From the NCBI RefSeq assembly GCF_004010195.1, contig NC_057749.1, forward strand, positions 9,770,728-9,834,727: a stretch of DNA of 64,000 nt, written 5' to 3'. The stretch is from Chiloscyllium plagiosum (Eukaryota). Both the position numbers and the translations under genes were made by a program. Below the pieces are notes generated by a model that did not search any database, was not told where the DNA came from, and worked only from the letters and a program-made list of their open reading frames with translations. Positions 1 through 12,777 of the stretch are shown piece after piece; position 1 is the first letter of the stretch, and each line of letters opens with the position of its first letter.

Positions 1-214
1 CGCTCTCTCTCTCCCGCGCTCGCTCTCTCGTGCGCGCTCTCTCGTGCGCTCTCTCTCTCGTGCGCTCTCTCTCTCGCGCTCGCTCTCTCTCTCGCGCTCG
101 CTCGCTCTCTCTCGCGCTCGCTCGCTCTCTCGCGCGCTCGCTCGCTCTCTCGCGCGCTCTCTCTCTCTCGCGCGCTCTCTCTCTCCCCCTCCTCTCCCTC
201 TCTCGCTCTCTCTC
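1..214. repeat. Compound (CT)n/(CGCT)n/(CG) microsatellite
   Basis: Continuous CT, CGCT and CGCG units from the window start; produces the spurious ORF 30..233. Confidence 0.95.
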
Positions 215-219
215 CTGTA

Positions 220-1112
220 AGACACTGTTTTAGCACAGCCCTTCAGCCCTGTGAAACCAATCTGAAACCCATCTAACCTACACTATTCCATTCTCGTCCA
301 TATGCCTATCCAGTGACCATTTAAATCCCATAAAGTTGGCAAGTCTACTATTGTTACAGGCAGTGTATTCCACATCTCTACTACTCTGAGTAAAGAAGCT
401 ACCTCAGACATCTGTCCTACATCTATCGCCCCTCAATTTGAAGCTGTGCTCCCGTGTGCTAGCCATCACCATTCTAGGAAACAGGCTCTCTCTGTCTATC
501 CTATCTAACCCTCTGATTATCTTGTATGTCTCAAGCCACCTTTCAACCTCCTTCTCTCTATCAAAAATAGCCTCGAGTCCCTCAGCCTTTCCTCATAAAA
601 CCTTCCCTCCATACTAGACAACATCTTTGTAATCTCCTCTGAACCCTTTCTAAAGCTTCCACATCCTTCCTATAATGCAGTGACTAGAACTGCCACAATA
701 CTTCAAGTGCAGCCGCACCAGAGTTTTGTACAGCTGCAGCATGACCTCATGGCTCTGAAACTCGATCCCTCTACTAATATAAGCTAACACACTGTGACTT
801 CTGGACAGCCCTATCAATCTGGGTGGCAACTTTGAGGGATCTATGTACATGGTCACTGAGATCTCTCTGCTCAGCTACACTACCAAGGATCTTACTATAT
901 GCACAGTAGTCTGCATTCCTGTTACCTCTTCCAAAGTGAATCACCTCACACTTTTCTGCATTAAATGCCATTTGTCACCTCTCAGCCCATCTCTGCAGCT
1001 TATCTATGTCCCTCTATAACCTACAACATCCTTCGACACTATCCACAACTGTACCAACTTTAGTGTCATCTGCAAATTTACTAACCATTCTACACTCTCA
1101 TCCAGGTCATTT
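220..1112 (-). mobile_element. CR1 LINE 3' fragment (decayed RT C-terminus plus 3' UTR)
   Basis: Minus-strand ORFs give CR1 ORF2 peptides (FNAEKCEVIHFG, QRDL..HVHRSLKVA, MLQLYKTLVR.HL.YC); closely similar to the + copy at 25240-26443; frameshifted. Confidence 0.92.
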
Positions 1113-1400
1113 TGTGTCAAGGGGTGTTTATGGGGATTGTCGCAAGTATTTGGAACAGCAGCGTTAAGTTGGGATAATCTGGTTTTTCGGATAGGTTAAA
1201 TAATTCTATATTCTGTTCTCTTTTGTTTGTATTTCATTGGTAATCTTGCAAATAAATTCTGTTTTGTTTAAAACTAAATGGTTGGGCCAGTTGTATCACT
1301 CCTGGAATATCCATATTTCACCTGCTTAACACAACTAGCAAAGTCACAGTTGGGACTGCTTTCTTGAAATGTTTTGAGGGGGTCTGGCCTGATCCATAAC
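1113..1400 (+). mobile_element. Possible LTR 3' fragment
   Basis: Begins abruptly at the CR1 truncation, contains AATAAA near 1250 and ends ...GGTCTGGCCTGATCCATAAC, resembling an LTR ...CATAACA end. No partner LTR or coding sequence seen. Confidence 0.35.
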
Positions 1401-1591
1401 CAGTACCATACACTAATCATATTTTTGGGTTGGAATTTTATTTGTGTTCAACATAGAGCTAGAGTATAGTCAGAAAAATAGAAATGTTACAGTGCAGGAA
1501 ACCATTCAGCCCTTTGTCGCCATGCTGACTCTGTGCAAAAGCAGCTCAACTCGTTCCATAGATTATGAAATACTTTAGAGCCTGATAAATA

Positions 1592-2281
1592 CAGGGGAAC
1601 CTTGGTTATCCGAACGAAATTGGCGGGCAGTATTTCGTTTGGATAATCGACTACTCGGTTAGTTCATTAAATGCCTTCCCTCTGGGGCTTGGAGTTTTTA
1701 AAGCCTGCGACCCATTCAGGAGATGAGACAGTAACACACTGCACGCGAGCTCCTGCCCAACACTGCCCCTGCCCACCCCCAATACTGCCATCGCACGCCC
1801 CCAACCCCATCCAACACTGCCCCCCCGTCACTCCCAACACCAGCCCCTGCCCGCCCCCTACCTCCTCTCCGGGGCAGCCGGACTGTACACCAACAACAGG
1901 GCTGCTGCTGCCTTTGTGGCGTAAGTCTCCAAATAGTGTGTGTGCGCACGCACAAACAAACACACACACACACACATGTTTTTACTGCAACTTTTTGACA
2001 GGTTCCACCTTTGCCCTGTATAGGACAATGCTGCAGAGATTATCTGGGGAAGGGGGTGTTTAGGGTACTCTCCTCTGTAGAACTCCAGGGAAAGTGTGGG
2101 GAGAGAGAGGGTATGGGAGGTTAGTCATTAGGAGAAGGTGCCTGTTTAATTACTGTAAATAAAAGATGCGATCAATGTTGGAAACAAGTCTTTGATGTAA
2201 TGTTTCTATCGGGACCTCGAGATCACCTTCGGATAATCTGATTTTCGGATAATTGGTATTCGGATAATTGAGGTTCCTCTG
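1592..2281. mobile_element. Non-autonomous Tc1/mariner (pogo/Tigger-like) DNA transposon, MITE
   Basis: TIRs CAGGGGAACCTTGGTTATCCGAA and TTCGGATAATTGAGGTTCCTCTG (19/23 match), TA on both flanks (1590-91, 2282-83), repeated subterminal CGGATAAT motifs, no transposase. Confidence 0.88.
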
Positions 2282-2759
2282 TAATAGCAATACAGACTAC
2301 TGAGCCTTATTTGTCAGATTAAGGCTTAGTTTTCTTCAAATTAGAAGTGAATCTTGAAAGATTAGAAAATTCATCTTTTACTTCTGTCCCATTCCTTGAA
2401 ATCCCTGTAAGCTGGATTCCCTAAGTACATTAAACTATAACAAAAGTCTTGATTCAACACGTTTTACTACTTTGTCTCTTTAACTATTTGTTGTACCAAA
2501 GGACTTTATGCTCAGCAATTTCATTTCAGTTTAGCAGTTCATAAAAGTGATGAAAAGTCTCTTTAATATTGAAGTAATAAAAATATATCACTTTTTATAA
2601 TTTATCATTCAAAGTCCAATTTGCTGTGTTTTATGAACCAACATAATGTAGTGTGCAGCTGATAAAGGCTCCAGTTTTCTCTCCATGGCATTGTGTACCG
2701 GGTTTATTTCCTGCTCATGCTGCTTGCCAATAGCTTAGGTTTGAAGGATTTGGAGGTGG

Positions 2760-2898
2760 ATACTTAATATGTTTGACCACTTTATGAATGAACTTTCCAT
2801 TGCCATCAGGTTCTGAAGTGGGTCTCAAACTAGAGCCGATGATTCAGAAGCAGGGTCTTTTTGGAGGTCTTTTAACTCGTTGTGTTAAAAGACCTCCA
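2760..2898 (-). mobile_element. Short tRNA-head SINE-like element (decayed)
   Basis: Reverse complement starts GGAGGTCTT... and resembles the ~120-bp units at 18470-18590 and 62490-63065. Confidence 0.45.
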
Positions 2899-3536
2899 AA
2901 ATAGCTAACACTGACGACTTTTGTTTTGAAAAAAAAAACAAAGAAAAACAACTCTTAAAGTCGAAGGCCTTGAAACAAATCTGCACTTTTCCCCATTAGA
3001 TTTATTTTTTTCTTTGAGCTTGTATGACTTATTAATTGCCATTTATTTTAAGAGAAAAACACACATGTTTGAATTTGAGTCTCACAGCGTCATGAATTTA
3101 GTTTGTGGGCTGATGGGTGTTTAATTATAGTGTGAAACAGCAGAAAATTACAAGGTGTCAGTGTGACTCTTTATAATTGAAGCAGAAGGTTCTGATTCAG
3201 TATATTGTATAAGAATTTATCTTACACTTCCTGGAACAACGTTAAAACGTATCTGCAAGAGATGGCAGAGTGCCATGTTTTTGAGGGGTTTAAGACTTCT
3301 CATCTGTTCCGATGATTGCGATGATGCTTCAACAATGGCAAAGTCATTTTCTGTATCTTGGTCGATGTTTATCCTTTCAGCAAGCACTGCAGAAACAGGT
3401 TGATGAATCTTGCTAGGTGTGTGCAGTTTATCGTGCTGGTCAGCAATTTATGCAGGCACATTTCAGAAGTAGCTTACTGACTGAAGTGCTTTGCAACTTG
3501 CTGATGGGAATGGGAATTATCCCACTCCCTGAGTGT

Positions 3537-3685
3537 CTCTCCTCCTCTGTGCTCTTTCTCCTCTTCCTCTTCCTCTTCTCCCTTCTTCCTCCTCCTTGCT
3601 CCTTCCTCTCCCTTCCTCCTCTCCCTTCCTCCTCTCCCTTCCTCCTCTCCCTTCCTCCTCTCCCTTCCTCCTCTCCCTTCCTCCC
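3537..3685. repeat. Polypyrimidine/polypurine tandem repeat (CCTCCTCTCCCTT-like units)
   Basis: About 150 bp almost purely C/T, with reiterated ~13-bp units; source of several low-complexity ORFs. Confidence 0.93.
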
Positions 3686-4337
3686 TGCAATCCACATGGC
3701 TGTAAAGGCAAGCACCTTAAATATACGTTCAAATACCACAAACATGCTGTTTCCAATTGGTTTGATTTGTCATGCACATGTTGAAATAAGCAGGAATATT
3801 ACCATTTGCAGTTCTGAGTATTCCATTTTTAAACACTGCAGTTCAAAAACATTTTTTCAATTTTCTGTGCACCCCTCTCAAATATTGTGTGAAGTAATAG
3901 TTTTGTGCATTGCAATTGACTACCTACACCCCACAACTCCCCTGCCACACCAAATGACCATTAATTACACTAATTTGATATCCCTCTACAAAGCTATGTA
4001 ACGGTGAGAATTTGTGGATAATATACGTCTCAAATGACTGTGGACAGCAGTTATATTTCTGTTGAAACTAATCATTCATTCAATAGTATCAGTTAACATT
4101 GAATGTTGTAGGTCCCTTGGGAGTGGATCTCTCTGGAAAGAAGTTTAGTATCTGAACAATGGTCTGAATTAGATGGCCACAGTCTAAATTCGAGGTGGTC
4201 CTTATGTTCCTTAGTGGAGCTAGTGGGCAGCTCTTCCCAGGTCCATTCTGAAGTTGTTGAAGGTTCTCCATATTTTCAGTAAAAGGTTGAAAGCTGGGAT
4301 TTCACAACATGGGTCAGTTGACATTTTGGCATTTGTG

Positions 4338-4462
4338 AAAGTGAGGACTGCAGATGCTGGAGATTAGAGCTTAAAAATGTGTTGCTGGAAAAGCGCAGCA
4401 GGTCAGGCAGCATCCAAGGAGAAGGAGAATCGACGTTTCGGGCATAAGCCCTTCTTCAGGAA
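4338..4462 (-). mobile_element. Penelope-like terminal fragment with 11-bp TSD
   Basis: TSD TGGCATTTGTG at 4327-4337 and 4463-4473; same family as 20935-21105 and 58575-58669; carries a hammerhead-like core at 4432-4459 (-). Confidence 0.8.
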
Positions 4463-5100
4463 TGGCATTTGTGGTCAACAAGGAGCTATGCCATTGAGAA
4501 GTAGGAGTATCCTTTTGAGATGCAAGAGTGTATTCCAGTAATGTTTGCGATTTCAGATCGGTGCATGAGAATTCTTCAAATCCCATGTTTGTTGAAGTAC
4601 TTTTTAAGTTCTTGACTGATGGTGTTCTTTGAGGAGGATTCTTTCTTGCAGGTGTCAGGAGGTTCAGTGTGTGCCAGCTTAGAAGCTCACTTGAGCTGTG
4701 ATGGTCTCAGCTTTCCAGAAATAATCCTCTTGACTTCCTGAGGATGGATGTAGAGGCTCTTGAACCAGAGTTGAACAGCAACACTGCCTTGTTGAATAGA
4801 CTAGAGTGAGGTATGTGTGTGATCTTGCTACCAAACAACCAGAAGAATGGAACACAAGTTCCTGGTTTGTAATGGAGGGGTGGTGTATTTTTTTCCTTTT
4901 CCACTTGTGTCAAGTGCGCTGTGACTAACTCTTTCAATACCTAAGGTTATGATCGTATACAGACATGAGATTGTATTTGTGTTTGTGATCACCTTTGAAC
5001 GTTTGGCATAGCGAGTCACTGTGCTTTGGAGAACCATTACATGACTTTTAAGAAACATTTCAGAGTGGTTAGATTCCCATTGCATTAATTTTGAGTAAAC

Positions 5101-5225
5101 CAAAGGGGATCACGACCTGAAACATGAGCCATGATTTTTCTTCATTGATGTTGCCTGATCTGAGTGTTTTGAGCATTTTTAAATTATTTAGGATCTCTAG
5201 TTTCCCCACTGTTTTGCTTTTTGCT
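5101..5225 (+). mobile_element. Decayed Penelope-like terminal fragment
   Basis: ...ACCTGAAACATG...GATGTTGCCTGATCTGAGTGTTTTGAGCATTTT resembles the tail of the other copies; the CTGA core is missing. Confidence 0.45.
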
Positions 5226-7289
5226 CAATGTGGAAGTTGGATTTCCAATCCTGTTGTTGAATTTTGTAAACGTGTACCACCAGTGCTTAGGATCTGGACA
5301 GCCAGTAGCTCAGAGGTTTGTTTCTCATTGTAAGTATTCATCATAAAAGTTAATGTATATTTTCACTTTCAAACTCTTCTACATTTCAATTGTTAAATTC
5401 TTGATCTTTTGTTGAATTTTGACTGTTAACAAATTTTAGGGCAAAATCATCGACTGTAGGTGAGCATTAAATATAGCTGTAAGTTAGGAATGATACTTTG
5501 GGAACTCATGACTACATGACCCAATCAGGTTTCTGGTAGTTACTGAGCATTTGGAATGCAGTGCATTGCAAATGGAATTTGTCCAAGGGCATTTCATGAT
5601 GGGTAGTGATTACTTTATACAGCTTATTTGAACTGTGATGCAATCTGCTATTTGACTTGGATGTGACATAAATTTTCCCCTCAAACTTGTTTTTTCCACA
5701 TGTGATTTAGTGATGTTGTAACTGGTTGAGTTGCTGAAACTGTTTTCTGTAGAATCCCTGAGTCCTGTTTGGTTGGGCTTGATAGGTGCTGTGTAAGCTG
5801 AGTTTAACAATTTGATTGAGATCTTTACAGCTTTTAACATAAAATCAACATGGGTATTTATTCTATCATCATATGTTCAAAACAGTATTTTAACTTTCTA
5901 CCCATGTCCAGTCATAGAAAATTCACCCTGTAGCATTATGTAATACAATTGGAAACTATGTTCAGAATGATTAAAGTCAGTCTGTAGGTGTGTGGGATGG
6001 ATTCCTTTGACAAGTAAACTAGGACAGTAACTCCACAAACTTGTACACCTACTGAGTCTGTATTTTACTTGTTTAATTTGCACTGAGCTGCAGTAAAATA
6101 TTAATGTGCAATGACTCTTTATAAATGTTAGCTGGAATTTAGTGAAGTTTCAGTACTGAAATTTCACTAAAGCCGATTTTTGATTGTTTGCATTCTTTTT
6201 AAAGAGACTGCTGGTACACATCTGTATTAATGTTATGCAAGTTGAAGCTGGAACTTTTTGCACAGCAATGTTTAAGGTTAGAACAGTGAATGGCATATTT
6301 CAGCATTGCCAATGTTGAGAGTTTGTCACTTCTGGCAGTCTCTGCACTGCTGCTGATTTTGTTTTTGCCAATTTCCTTCACTTGGCCTAAATAATATCTG
6401 GCCAGACTGTTTGGAAGCATGTTCTAATCTGAATCTTGTGTATGATGTGAAAGCAATTGAAAATGATTTGCATATGGTGCAATGTGAATGGCACTCCACT
6501 CCTTTATTTTCTCCACTCAGTTCCTGGCTTTGATCCTCCCATCACCCCAACAAATGAAGTATTTATCTTGTAGTATAAATTAATGTATAACTAAGATTAA
6601 ATGAAGAGGAGAGTTCAGGATTTTCATTGAGGACTCCATCAGTGCTGCTTTTGCATCTAGTTGAGTGCTCAAAGGTTTCAGTAACCTTTCAATTTTGGTC
6701 TATCTCTAGGCTTGCCCTTTGCTATAGTAGTATAACTGAAACAAGGAGCATCAAACTTTCAACTTTACACAAAACTTTTTTTTAATACAGGAGTAGCACT
6801 TTCTAGTAAGTGATGCCCAAATGTTCTGAAATACCTTTGCTTGACTTGAAATCAGATTGCGATAGTATATACTATGATCTAGAAAGACCAATGCTTCAGT
6901 CCTGGTTTCATACTGAGATAACTGACCATGAATGGTAGTGGTAAATTTAGCCTAATTTTTGAATTGATGGTGCAGAAGTGATTTGAAATTCTTGCTAGTT
7001 TACTCTCCATTGTCTTCTGTCATAAATGAACTGTGAAGTTGTAATTTTATACATGTTACACAGTTGCAAGTTTAATTTGAAGGAACTATGCAGAGAAAGT
7101 ACAAGTTTTTGCAATGTAGGAATTTTGGAACGTAGGACTTCAGGGCAGGGAGCCATTTGCCACTTTGAGTCTGGTTCCACATTCAATAAGAGAACTCCAT
7201 TTTGCTATCTACTTCTGAAGCTATTTGACTCCCTGTTTACCAAAATCTGTCCAAGTTGGCATTCAATGACCCTGTTTCCATTGGTTTCT

Positions 7290-9450
7290 GGGCAAGAGAA
7301 TTGCACATACTTGCAACCATCTGAGAGAGAAAAGAAATTCTCTTCCTCTCTGCTTTGAAAGATAGGTCTCCTATTTTTGGTGTCCTCCAAGAAAGGAAGC
7401 ACTATCCCCATATTCATCCGTTAAGTTCTCTCAGGATCTTGAATTTTCAATAAAATTATATCATTTTTCTAAACCCCAGTGATTATCGTGCCAACTTGCT
7501 CAATCTTTCTTATGATGGGGCCGCTGCCTTCTCTGGAATGAAGAATGAGTTGACTGAATCTCCTTTGAATTGCTTTTGTCACCATTACATCCTTTTCACA
7601 CAAGAAACCAAAACTGGTCTGGTAGGTCAGAATATTGGGCAGATTTAACCATATATTGGCTTGCCGAAGCCTTGTGTGGCTGTAGTAAAACGTTCTTACT
7701 TTAGTATTGCATTCCCCTTGCAATACACAATACCATTGCATTTGTTTTCCTAATTGTTTGCTGTACTTGCATGCCAACTTTGTGTATCAAGGCACCCGAG
7801 TCCCTCTGTGATGCCACATTCTGCAAACACTCTCCAGTTAAATAGTGTTCTACTCTTGCTGCCAAAGTGGGCAAGCTCACAATTTTCCATATTACCCTCT
7901 GTCAATGATTTCCTTATTCATTTAATCTACCTGCATGCTTTTGAAACCCTTTGCCTTCTCTCGACAGCTTACTCTCTTCCTCTATCTTGGTATTATTGAC
8001 AAATATAGTTATTCCTTCATCCAGGTTACGGGTGTAATTTGTAATTAATTGAGGCCTTGGAACTGACCATTTTACGAATTTCTTTCAACTCCTCATCATT
8101 CTCCTAATCCACTCAGATCTGTAGTTCTGAGAGATTCATTGTATCTTCTTTAATAAAAACAGACACAAATTAATCATTTAAGCTTCTCTGCCATTTCTCT
8201 ATTCCCCATTATAAAATTTCGTGACTCTGCATGTAATGAACTTCCATTCAGCTGAGCAAAATATTTCCTTTTTAGATTAGATTACTTAGTGTGGGAACAG
8301 GCCCTTCAGCCCAACAAGCCCACGCTGACCCTCCGAAGTGCAACCCACCCAGACCCATTCCCCTACACCTAACACTACGGGCAATTTAGCATGGCCAATT
8401 CACCTAGCCTGCACATCTTTGGACTGTGGGAGGAAACTGGAGCACCCGGAGGAAATCCACGCAGACACTGGGAGAACGTGCAAACTCCACGCAGACAATT
8501 GCCTGAGGTGGGAATTGAACCCAGGTCTCTGGTGCTGTGAGGCAGCAGTGCTAACCACTGTGCCACCATGAGTTTTTACAGTTTGTTTTAGCTTTTGTTT
8601 TGATAGGTTGCATTCATATTTAAATCTCCCTTTCCTGACCTGTTTGTTGGTTTTCCTTTGCTGTATTCCTAAAAGCCTCTCAATTATCAGATTTCCAATA
8701 ATTTCTGGCAACTTTGTCGGCCTTTTCAGGGTTGTACACGATTAAAAGAATTTCCCTTGTCAGCCATAGTTAACTGACTTGTGGGATTTTGCACCCTGAT
8801 TAGTTAGTGTAAACAATGTAGTAGGCAATGGATGGTCTTTGAAGAACTATGTAAAGTGGTGCCCTTTGTTGTATACTTCCCAATCCACTTCTACCAAGTT
8901 GTGATTTATACCATCATAACTTCCCTTATTCAAATATAACACCCTTGCTTAGGATTAACCTACCTCCCTGTCAAAAATAATGTAATATCTATCACATTGT
9001 GATGACTTGCTGCTAAATGTTCTTTTACAACAACAATATTAATTAGCCCTTGTTCATTACATAATACTCATCTGAAATAACTCCTGAATATGTGGTCATT
9101 ACTTTTATACTTAACCATAGATCCAAACTTTGCACGTTCAAACTGGAGTGTGACATTGTATATTGTTACATTGACTGTCGTGAAGAGGCTTTCTTCAATA
9201 AGATTTTTTGATTTAGTTCTGTCTCATTGCACATTGTCAGGTCTAGAATAGCCTACTCTCTGGCTAGCATGAAAACATAATATTCAAAGAATGTGTTGAA
9301 TAAACTCCATAAATCATTTTCCAGGTTGATTGTGATTTGCCCTGTCTCCATGTGGATTGAAGTTACCCATAATTATCACAATACCTTTTTTTTTACAGAT
9401 CCTATTAATTTCTGTCTATATACACCCTTCTAAACTTAAGCAAAATATTT
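7290..9450 (-). mobile_element. Old, internally deleted CR1 LINE (endonuclease to RT), interrupted by an HE1 SINE
   Basis: Minus-strand remnants: IIMG(N)FN-like APE motif near 9350-9385; IQQRKTNKQVRKG..YE.NL near 8600-8700; IMGNREMAEKL near 8180-8215; RT C-terminal peptides at 7469-7777. Confidence 0.75.
8272..8570 (-). mobile_element. HE1-type (V-SINE) shark SINE
   Basis: tRNA-derived head (TGGCACAGTGG A box, GGTTCAATTCC B box), V-domain-like core GTGGA(T)TTCCTCCGGGTGCTCC, (TAATC)n tail. Confidence 0.92.
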
Positions 9451-10919
9451 GTTGCACAAGTCTCTGTTTAGAGACCACAGTGACTGGTTTCCCAGCAACA
9501 CATTCTCTTTTATTTTACCCAGGCTAGATACACCATATAAATGTGAGTGTCAAAATGCATGTCAATATGTTACAGGAAATGCCCAACCCCTCTAACAATT
9601 GCACTTTTAGAAATCGCAAGTAATTTGTTAGCAATTATGCTGCCACTTGAACTAAGAAATATAATGACTATAATTAACTGGAATGTATCTTGTTTAATGT
9701 AGAAATTTGTCTAGCATTCTCCCAGTTATCTCAAATGTTTTAAACTGTGTTTTAGAGACTGCCTATTGTACCAACTTTTCTCTTGAAATATACAAGTCAA
9801 GGCATGAAATGTTTATTAAGGTCTTTTTGCGGGAGCGAAGCTATTGTGCAAGTATTTGAGGTTCAACGTGATTGGAAAGCGTGTTGAAAAAGCATTGTGG
9901 AGGTCACATTCTTAGCAAGCCTAAATATAGAGGCTTTATTGTGTATGAGTAAAGAAATTAGTTAAAAAAAACTATTTCCAATAATTTTGAGACAGAAACC
10001 AGGATGTAATCTTTTGCATTTAATGTATGTAATACTGTATAACAGTTAACTTGTGATTGCACAAGTAAATGAAAAGAATGGATTTTTGCGTTGAGCAACA
10101 ATTAGTTCAAATGCTAAAGTTATTTGTCGAATTGGTCTGTCTGTTGAAGCTTTAACATAGCAGTGGTTTTCAAGTTTTGCAGGTGAGGGAGACTTACCCT
10201 TCAGATATTGTCTCATGTAGATCCCAATTTATAAAGCATGTCCTCATTTCAGGAAATATTAAATATGTAGAAATGTGGATGCAAAGATATTTTAAAAATT
10301 ATTTGACATTGTGAAATATAAGTTTGGATATGGATGTTATCTTGTAGATTATTTAATTTAAAAATCTGGAATCAAAATTATGCCTTTTACTTCACTCTTG
10401 AGCAGTCAATTGCTAAAAAAGTTATTTTTGAGACTGAAATCTTGCTTTTGTGATTTTACAAATGCTTGGTTATTTAATGTGTTCCATGATGTTGAATCTG
10501 CAGAATTTGTCTGACCAAGGCAGCCATTATCTAAGCATTTCCTTTTCCACTTGTCTCCCTGACGGACTGTTCAATTGTAGTACATCAGCTCAGAGCTTCC
10601 AATCAGTATTGGAATTTTTGCATCTGATGCTGATCAGTCAGAAAACTTTTCATTTATGGTGACACTTAGAAGTGTCTGACTTGTGCGATAAAGTAGTCAG
10701 AAGAGTCACTCAGTGCTGAAACCCAGGGAGACTTTTGAAGAACGTCATTGCAGAAGCCATGCTCCCTTTTGCAGTTCATGCGACCGGAATTGATACTCCA
10801 GCAGGTACAAGTGTAGCCTACCCACCGTTTTCTCATATTTGCATCCTTCCCTAAATCAAATGTCCAGGAATGTGTATGGTACTTAAGATGCAGTCTCGTT
10901 AGTGCCTTGTAAAACTGTC

Positions 10920-11135
10920 GGGTTTGGTTTAGCTGTTGATTGGATCATTGATTTGTGATACAGAGTAAGGCCAACAGCATGAGTCCAATTTCCACATTGA
11001 CTAAGGTTAGTATGAAGGAATCTCCTCCTTTCAACCTCTCCCTTCACGACGGTATGGTGACCCTTAGATTAAATCACCACCTTCTAATGAGAGTGCAGTC
11101 CAATGGGTCTGGTAAGACTATAAAGACTATTTACT
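10920..11135 (+). mobile_element. tRNA-derived SINE, same family as 52417-52608
   Basis: Shares blocks with the reverse complement of 52417-52608 (GATACAGAGT..G.CAA.AGC, CTAAGGT, TGGTGACCCT, CTAATGA, GACTAT...TTTACT). Confidence 0.6.
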
Positions 11136-12777
11136 GTATAGCTGAATCATAAGCATGATTCAAGGCTTTCATAATACTTGGGGTAGAAAGGGATAAAGGA
11201 AATGGTTCTTGAAGAATCTGGAGAAACTTGACTTGAGTAATGTGGAAGCAGTGTTCAGATAACCAGTCGTTTGTTCATTGCATTGCCCATGGTCAGTTGA
11301 TATACAAGATAACTTCATAAACTCACTACATTGAGCCATGTTACTAGAGCTTGCAGTTAAATCACAACTGTTGCAATTGCATCGATAATAGGAAATGTTA
11401 ATGTAAAATTGTGAGCAAAATGTTGAACAGGAAACTGGGTTGAGAAGAGGAAGTATATACACCAAATGAAAAACTGTTAGCATAAATTCTGTAACCTTAG
11501 TTCCCGTGTGCATGTTTTTGAAAATCTGAGTAACAGCTACTTTTGTGTTCATATATATCTCTTCCCATCTAAATAATGTAGCTTTTACAGACAATGGCCA
11601 AGGTACCAGCGTTGGCCAGTTGGCAGATAGTAAGATTGAGGGAAGAATGATATTGTCAGCTCATGAAATCTTTGGGATGGTTTGGAAGGCAAGCTGTGAT
11701 GTGCCAATGGATAAAAAGTAAATTGAAAGGAAGGATGAGGGCATTTAGGAGGACTGGAATAAGTGGCTGAGTTGGGTCAAAGAAGGAATGCCTGATCAGC
11801 CAGACCAAATATGAAATGATGAAATGGAGTCTTTGTGAGGGGGGTAGTTGGTCAAAGTTGGGACTGGAGCAATTCTCAAATCACTGAGGGTCAATTTTGT
11901 CAAATCAATGATGGAAAAGGGCAGCCTTTCAGTGTGATAAAACCTCTGGTAAAGTCCAATTTGGCCAACTCTGGTTAACCCAGAACTGTTGTGCTCAAGC
12001 ATTTTTAGTTTCAGTCTTTGTATAGGATGCTCTATGCCTAAGAGTACTGTGAAAAACTGATTCAGAGACTTTTAAAAAATGTTCAAGAATGAATGGAATT
12101 TTCCAATATTTTAATTTTTTAAAAACTCAAGAAAGAATTTGGATGCTTCAAAATAATTTAAATTTCAAATTTTGAGGAGTACTGGCTGCATGTATATACT
12201 GTCCATGGTGTCAAAGAATATTTGGTGATGTGTGGTTTCATGCAAATAAAGCAACTTTTGGTTATTATCTCTGGTAAGAAGAAAATGAAAGGCAGTCGGG
12301 ATTTTAGTTTCACGTTTGGGTACTGGCTGATTTGTAATGTTTTGGATATTTTAGATTGTGTGGCTGGTTGAGTTGTAAGAGTGATTTAATGTCAGTATGT
12401 TAAGACAGTACTGATGATATGGGCAATTATGGATGAGGGAATGTGCTGAATCTGGGTTGACGACTGCTTCTCAAAAGAAACTGCTGTTGGTTATTTTCAA
12501 TTTATGCAAAGTGTAGTGTAACAGGTATTGCGTGGCCCATTAGTGCTAAATTTTGCTTGTGGTATTGCATTGAATTGAAAAATGACATGACATAATCTGC
12601 AAAGTGATAGTGTCATTTTTAACAGGAATTGAGCTCGAAGCATGAAAACAGTGTTATACTAATGAATTGAAATTACAGGTTTTGGTGTCTTATATTGTTT
12701 GAAGTTTTTCTCCTATATTGATTTGGTTTTGGCATCAGAGTTATGCTTTTGAAGTTCACTAACATAGTCTACCAGGA

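Noticed and set aside
30..233. 67-aa ORF (RALSLS repeats)
   Set aside because: Translation of the CT/CGCT microsatellite.
1667..2063. Pro/Cys-rich and Gly-rich ORFs
   Set aside because: GC-rich interior of a MITE; no transposase motifs or splice context.
3417..4001. 194-aa ORF and overlapping Arg/Glu-rich antisense ORFs
   Set aside because: Kept open by the stop-free polypyrimidine repeat.
4050..4800. Possible ancient LINE remnant around the 4338 insertion
   Set aside because: Only vague peptide resemblance on the minus strand; family and boundaries cannot be supported.
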